A stretch of 64,000 bases of DNA, from contig NW_027117348.1 in assembly GCF_038025025.1 (NCBI RefSeq), positions 1,364,001-1,428,000 on the forward strand, written 5' to 3'. The notes beneath the pieces were generated by a model. It was not told the DNA's origin. It was given only the letters and a program-made list of their open reading frames with translations, and made no database searches. Of the stretch, positions 57,590 to 64,000 are shown one piece after another. The translations under genes and the position numbers were made by a program. Positions within the stretch are counted from its first letter, which is position 1; each line of letters starts with the position of its first letter. This DNA is from Phyllosticta citribraziliensis (lineage: Eukaryota).

Positions 57590-60500
57590 GTCGAGAGGAT
57601 GGATGGATGGATCGGGTGAGAGGGAGGGTTCTGGTATTGAGAGGGATTGGTTGCTCTGGCGTGGCTGACGATGACGATGACGATGACAATGATGAGCAAA
57701 AGAGACGAAACGGAGATGTGTACGTACGTACAAACCTCCTTATGTACCCACATAGGACCTCACGTAGCAAGAAAACCAACCTCGTCTCCTCTCGTCTCAT
57801 CCCATCTTCAAACAACGACCACAAAGACCTACGCTTCCCATCACACACCCCTCGCTCTTGCTTTCCTCACCCGTGACAAAAACCCAAAGCACACCAAAGC
57901 CGCACCACCACCACCTCAAAAGAACTGTTGCAGAAATCTCTGCCCTACGCCCTACGCCCTGCATCCGCCACCCCGCATCCGCCCACAGAGACCCTATGTG
58001 TTTCATCGCTGTGAGTTAGGCAGGGCGGGACAGCGCAGCACAGCCTCAGGGACGGGCGGGCGCGGGCGCGGGCGAAGACGGGACGGAGCGGGAGGGCAGG
58101 GAAAAGCAGGGATAAGCAGGGGGTGAGGTCGTGGTGAGGTAGGGCGATGCAGGGAGGACGGGGGGAACAGACAAAAAGCAGGGGGAGGGGAGGGGTAAGA
58201 GTGCTGTGGCGGGCGGGCGGCAGGGTTTTGAGGCTGTGCTAGGTGCTGTGGCGGTGTTGCCGTGGCGCGACGGGAGGAGTCTTGTCATTTGTTGGTTGTT
58301 CTATTTCCGTGCATGTTGTTTGTGGTTTGTTGGCGGTGGAGCGGAGAGGAGAGGAGAGGAGGAACTTACTGTGCTGGCTTGCTTGTCTGCTTGCATCTCT
58401 ACCGCTACCTCTTCCGCTTCATCATCGTTGGCGGCGTCTCAACATCACACCTCGCTCACCTCACCTACACTCCAGCCCATCTCCATCTCCTTCTTCTTCT
58501 CCTTGACACCAAACCCACCAAACCCACCTCTACCAGCGCCGCCGCCGCCGCACCTCTTGCCGACATCGCACACAACCGCCTCCACATTCAATCGCTTTCC
58601 TCCCGTCAACGCGCCACGCGAAGACGCGGCGACGCATGCGACGCGCTCTGTTTCAAACGGGGGGCGGGCTCGGGCTGGCTCGTTTGTGCCGTAGAGTCGC
58701 CGCGTCCCGAAGCGGCGGCACTGCGAAGGACCCTGCAGCGCTGCGGCTCGTGGCCTGCTAGGCTAACTGGCAGGGAAGCGGTATCCAGAGTCTTGCGGGG
58801 ATGTGTCTGGTTGGAAGTTGCTTGTTCTACTGTGTAGTGTGTGCGCGGGCAATTACATGTGCGGGCTGTGGACGAGGAAGATGATGAGAGTAGAGAGGGG
58901 TGTGGGAAGCGAGAACGCGAGACTGGAGATGCACTGTGGACATCGGGTGGAGAGAAGATGACTGACGGCAGCCGAGTTGGCAGCTGAATACGAGAAATGC
59001 GGTGGAAATAGCAACGCGCTCGCTACTGTGTCGCTCTTAATTGCTGAATACGATCCAATTTGCTCTTTCTTTTGCCTTTCTTGCTGCCCAACCCAATAGG
59101 CAGCGCGCGATGCGAGCGAGTTTCTTGCAGTCTCTGGTCCCTTGAAAGGTACCGCGGTGGTGGGAATTGAAGAAATGACAATGCGTGGGATTGCGATACA
59201 GATGGGACTAGCGCATGGGTCCTCTCGAGACACTGTACTATGAATTAGATACTGTAGGAGGTAAGCAGGTACGTCATCAACAGGTTCCTTTATGATAGAC
59301 GACAAGAGCCGCGTAACGTGGGCTGCAACGCGCATTGTCAGACTGTGTCTGATACGAGACGGACAGAACTCTCGGAGTGGTGCTTACGCACAGCCACCTA
59401 CCTACCTCTCCTACCACAACTGCATGAACATAAGCCGCAGCAGCAGCAGAAGCAGCAGCGCGCGGCAAGAGAGGGCAAGCCTTACAAGGCGATGACGCGA
59501 GATTTTGGCACGTTGGCAGTTTTGGCGGGCGCGTGTGCTGGGATGACCCCCTCAGTCACCAGTACTTTGTTTAGCAACGCCGTCTCTTTTCTTTCTTTTG
59601 CTGTCGTCTTTTGTGAAACAGAAATTGACAGTCGACAGGAAATAATTCTGCCGTTTTGGGACACGTGTTGGAAGAGGGCTCCCTGCTCCCTGCTCCCGCT
59701 GCCGCCGCCGCCGCCGCCCTACGGACAGACAGCGTGACAGACTATGGATCACGATGCAGCGGCCAGGCCGGCCGGGCTGCCGGATGCCGGGTTGGCGGTT
59801 GAGGCTAGCAGACGGGAGCCCTGCGTCGTTTCGTTTCAACGTTTCGTTTCTCTGATTTTTTTTTTTTTTTTCTGCGTCGACTGTTTGAACAACGAAAGAG
59901 ACGTGATTGGTGGGATCAGCAAAAAGGTCGGGGGATTAATGGCGCGAGGCCAAGATGAAGCAAAGGTCCTCTGGCGGAATTTTGGCAAATGGGGAGGTTC
60001 TTGGAGACAGTCAGGATCGGGACAGGTAGAGTTTCTTGGGCGAGCTTGTTTAGAGTTGGCGGCCATGGTCCATGGAGCGGCGGGCGCGCGTCGTGATTCG
60101 CAGCGTCGGTCGGGTCGGGTGGGTGGGACCAAGGGCACGGCGGAGCGGCAACGCTGGGGAACGTGTCGCAAGATGCTGGAGACAATGCATGTACATGGAA
60201 AGATTCAGTCAAGTGGGCAGCATGACGGAGGAGGTGAGGTCATTGCAGAGTCTGGTCTGGTCTGGTCTGGTCAGGGCTGCTGTCAGGCCAGGACGGGGTG
60301 CAAATTGGCTGGCATGTGGGACTGACGGGCGTCATTTGGAGAGCGGCCGTTTTGTTGGTGGCACGCCGGGTCGAGGGTAGCGCTGGCGCGAAGGATGAAC
60401 ATCTCGATCCAGGGGTGCAGCGAGCAGTGGCACTCGTACTCTCGCGGAGCAGCGAATGGAAGAGCTGAGGCTGATGGAAAGGGAAAAGATGCCGGGCTGG

Positions 60501-61091
60501 CCTGACTTTTTTCGTCGAGGGCTCGCCAGTCGGCCCAGGGCTTCCTGGCAGTGGCACCGAGCAGGGCCTGAGATTGCATCCACCGCACACGCCGGCGAGA
60601 CAGCACCCCCCCACTGGCAGGGCAGGGCAGGGCAGGGCAGGGCAGAGCAGAGCGGTGCGAAATGCCAAAGCGACGGCACACGGCGACAGAGGCGTCAACG
60701 GTGCCCTTTTGCTCCCTCGGCCTCCCTCGTTTGCTCGACGGCGACCGTGACAGGAGCGATGAGGTGCTGTGGGTGTTGCCATGTTTAGAGCTGCCTTGAC
60801 TTGAATTGGCCGCGCATCCCGATTTGGCCAACGCCCGCCCGCCCAATCACGCCCCGGGAACCGCCCGGCACTGGCACCCCCCAAACTTCTACTTTGTCGC
60901 CCTCTCCCCGTCCATGTCAACTCGTCCCCGTCCTCTCTCACCTCACGCTTCTGCTCGACGTGCGCCATCTTTCCCTCTCCCATGGTCATCTCAATTCGTC
61001 CAACGTGACCGTGACGCCCACCCACGGCCCCTCGCCTCCTCGCCTCCTCCCTCTCCCTCTCCCTCTCCCTCCTCGCCGGCCCTGACCGACC

Positions 61092-62598
61092 ATGTCCTCC
61101 AATTCCACTCGTAAGTCCTCCTCGCATCATGCTAGAGTGCTTCTAACCCCCGTCAGCAGTGGCCACGCCGGTCCCGGCTACCACCTCCACCAGCCTGACC
61201 AGCTCCAGCTCCAGCTCCTCGCCCTCGCCCTCGTCGTCGTCTCCCACATCGACCTCGACCTCGGCGCCGCCCTCGACAACTTCGACCTCTGCAACCTCTG
61301 CAGCCCCGACCACCACGACCCCGTCGAGCACCTCTGCTCCCCCATCCACCACCACTGCCCCATCCACCACAGAGGCTCCGTCTACGACCAGCGCCCCTCC
61401 GAGTAGTTCCACCACCCAACCGTCGTCCACATCTCAGGCCCCGTCTAGCTCCTCGGGATCCGCTACCCGAACCACCGAGTCGACAACTGCAAAGCCCAGC
61501 ACTCATGTCTACACTTCCCTCGTCACCCAGTCTCCTTCGGAATCTGGTGGATCCGCCGTAATCGTCACCGTCACGGCCACTAGCGTCAGCACACCAACCA
61601 GCACGGGCACCGACTCGGAAGGCTCTTCATCCACTTCTGGCGCTTCTCTGCAGGGCAACGGCTCCTCATCGAGCGGCAGCAGCGGCGGTCTTTCGACTGG
61701 CGGAAAGACTGCCATTGCCGTCGTGATTCCCGTCGTTTGCGTGGCCCTCCTCGTCCTGGCTGGATTGTTCCTCTGGAGGAGGCGCAAGCAACGTTTGGCG
61801 GCCGAAGAAGATCGCCGGAAAGAGGTGGAAGAATACGGCTTCAATCCTAACAACGACCCCACTCTTCCCGCCGTCATTGGCGGGTCCGAAATGGCCGAAG
61901 ACTCGAGTGGCTACCGCGGCTGGGGCAACACGACAAACGTCTCTTCCAACCACAAGGCCAGCACCACCATTTCTGGCGGCGTGGCTGGCGGCCTGTCCGA
62001 CAGCGGCAGCAACCCCGGCGGCTATCACAGCCCAGGCTCCCCCACGCAAAATGGCAGCAATGCCGATTCTGGCGACCCGCTCATGTCAATGAACCGACGC
62101 AGCACCATGGACTCTGACGCACTCGGAGCCCTCGGCCAGGGTCCAGTTGCAAACGGATACAGCACTCGCCCGGATCTCGTCAACACGGCCAATGGAGGCG
62201 TGCATCGCGGGCCGTCCAACGCGTCGTCGTCGTACAGCGCGCACCACAGCGACAGCTCGGAAAACGGCAACGCGGCCAACAATGCCAACCGGCGCAGCAA
62301 CAGCTACCACTACAACTCGAATTCCAACGGCTCGAGCAACGGCGGCCCGCAAGACTATTACCCGGACAACGGCTACTACCAGGCATACAACCCCAGCGGC
62401 GGCAATGGAAACGGCGCCGCCCCCGCGAATGGCAGCGGAAACGCCAACGCCAATGCCAATGCCAACGCCAACGGCGCAGGCAACATGTGGGACGGCGGCC
62501 CGGTTGTGCAAAATGTTGCGGCGAGACGCAACACGCGCATCGAGAACCCGGTGCGCTATCCGCCGCAGGGCAACTCTGGAATTGCGCAAAACTTTTAG
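61092..62598 (+). CDS. Mid2/Skg6-like single-pass membrane protein with S/T-rich ectodomain, 2 exons
   Basis: Short first exon MSSNST and intron 61111-61156. About 180 aa of S/T/P mucin-like sequence, then TM GLSTGGKTAIAVVIPVVCVALLVLAGLFLW followed by RRRK, and a cytoplasmic tail with EEYGFNPNNDPTLP and an N/G/Y-rich region. Confidence 0.85.
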
Positions 62599-63159
62599 AC
62601 GGAAAAGAATTAGTGTAGTAGTAGCTGTTGTTGTTAACAAGTGAGGTGTGGTGGTGATGGGACGAGGGAGGACGATATCACATGTGCATGTCAACGACCT
62701 GAAGGAGGGCGGCCTCTTTGTCAGTGTCGAGTCGATACCCGGATTTACTTTGCTTCTTTTTTTTTTTTTTTTTTGCTTCGATCTTCTTTTTTACTCCATT
62801 TGCTTTGGCACCTTATTTTACCCCTCTCCTTCTTACCTTTCTTGTCGATCAATCAGTCGGTCAGATCCAGTCCAATCGATGCCCATCCCATCGTTGGCGT
62901 TGGTTGCACGTTGTAGTACGTTACGTAGCATAGCTCGCTCTGTCTATCCTGTCCATCTGCCCATCTGCCTGTCTCCCTGTCTGTTTGTCTGCAGATACGG
63001 TCTATATTTTCCTTTGTTTTTGGCTTGCTTGCCGCGGTGTGTGGGCGATCAGTTGGGGAGCGTTGTTGAGGAGCGCACGCAGCAGAGCGCGGCGAAGGGC
63101 GTCCGTCCTCTCTATCTACCTATCTACATCATATTACATAGTCTGCGCTCGTCGTCACC

Positions 63160-63340
63160 ATGTCACTACTACTACTACTATATCATATCTCACTTGTCAC
63201 TCTGTTTTCTACATTATTACTACTACTATATCACCACATCAATATTCCCTGTCTTATCTCACTTGTCACTCTGTTTCCTACATTATTACTACTACTCTAT
63301 CTCTACGATGCTACATCACCACATCAATATTCTCTGTCTA
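63160..63340. repeat. Two-copy 69-bp-period tandem duplication containing (TAC)n
   Basis: TATCTCACTTGTCACTCTGTTT.CTACATTATTACTACTACT at 63186 and 63255, each followed by ATCACCACATCAATATTC.CTGTCT. Confidence 0.9.
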
Positions 63341-63755
63341 CGCAGCTGTGTGGGGAGCTGGCAGTTATTTGCGAACGCACCTCAAAGACGCAGACCGACT
63401 GCGTGCGTGTGTGGGCGTGCGTGCGTGCGTCTTGGGAGCAGTCCGTCGTTTGGCGTGCGTGCGTCTCGGGAGCAGTCAGGTCAGTCGTTTGGCGCCATGA
63501 CTGCCCGCCTGCCCACTTACCTGGTGGTACTCAGCCAGCCAGCCAGCCAGCCTACGTAAGAGAAGGGAACATTGACAGTGTGATAGTAAGCCTAGCCTGG
63601 CCTGGCCTGGCCTACCTGCTTGTTCCGCCCGTGACTGGCCGGCTGGCTGGCAGTATATATATATATGGGGGCGTGCATGAGATGTGGATGTAGATGCAGG
63701 TGCTTCTTGGTTGGTAGCCAAGGCGACAAAGGAGACGAGACGGGACGGGCAGAGA

Positions 63756-63756
<1 letters not shown>

Positions 63757-63795
<39 letters not shown>
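63757..63795. repeat. (GA)n microsatellite
   Basis: The dinucleotide run is directly visible. Confidence 0.9.
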
Positions 63796-63800
<5 letters not shown>

Positions 63801-64000
63801 CCGAGGGTCCGGGGCATCAGATAGATAGACACATAGATAGATGGACAGCGTAGCACGCACACACACACAGCAGAGACAGCACGCATACCTAGCACGACAC
63901 CAGCAAGAGCACCACACCGCTCAAAGGGGTCAAGAGGGGGGGGTGGGGTAGGGGGGCAAAAGCCTCGTTTCTTCTGTCCTATGTATATGTATATATATAT

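Noticed and set aside
62648..63559. 303-aa hydrophobic ORF with poly-Tyr/Phe
   Set aside because: It is the translation of poly-T, (TAC)n and a tandem duplication in the 3' flank of the Mid2-like gene.

Overview
Gene-dense genomic DNA from a filamentous ascomycete, with short GT-AG introns carrying CTRAC/CTAAC branch points (the taxonomic call is an inference from gene content). Recognisable genes are two SLC25 mitochondrial carriers, a Cys-rich GPI protein, PEX19, UBC9, a PABPN1/Pab2-like RRM protein, an Hv1 voltage-gated proton channel, SWC4, ANP1 (GT62), ECM33, MAG1, QCR7, PEP12, NDC1, PHO81/NUC-2 and a Mid2-like S/T-rich membrane protein. Several orphan or accessory genes lie between them, including a stand-alone HeLo-like (fungal STAND N-terminal) domain gene and a divergent bHLH-like protein with a zinc ribbon. 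The most unusual structure is non-coding. The ~3.9 kb between Hv1 and SWC4 (17.4-21.4 kb) is an array of 13 TATA-box modules, ten of them in back-to-back divergent pairs. They are associated with a GCATGTG/CACATGC (E-box) motif upstream and often a short hairpin plus ACT/T-rich tract about 90-130 nt downstream, and I found no conserved ORF. A second three-module cluster with a CCGTCTGGTGTG minisatellite lies at 45.1-47.0 kb. This is a candidate array of small non-coding RNA transcription units. All exon boundaries were read by eye and need confirmation by RNA-seq.
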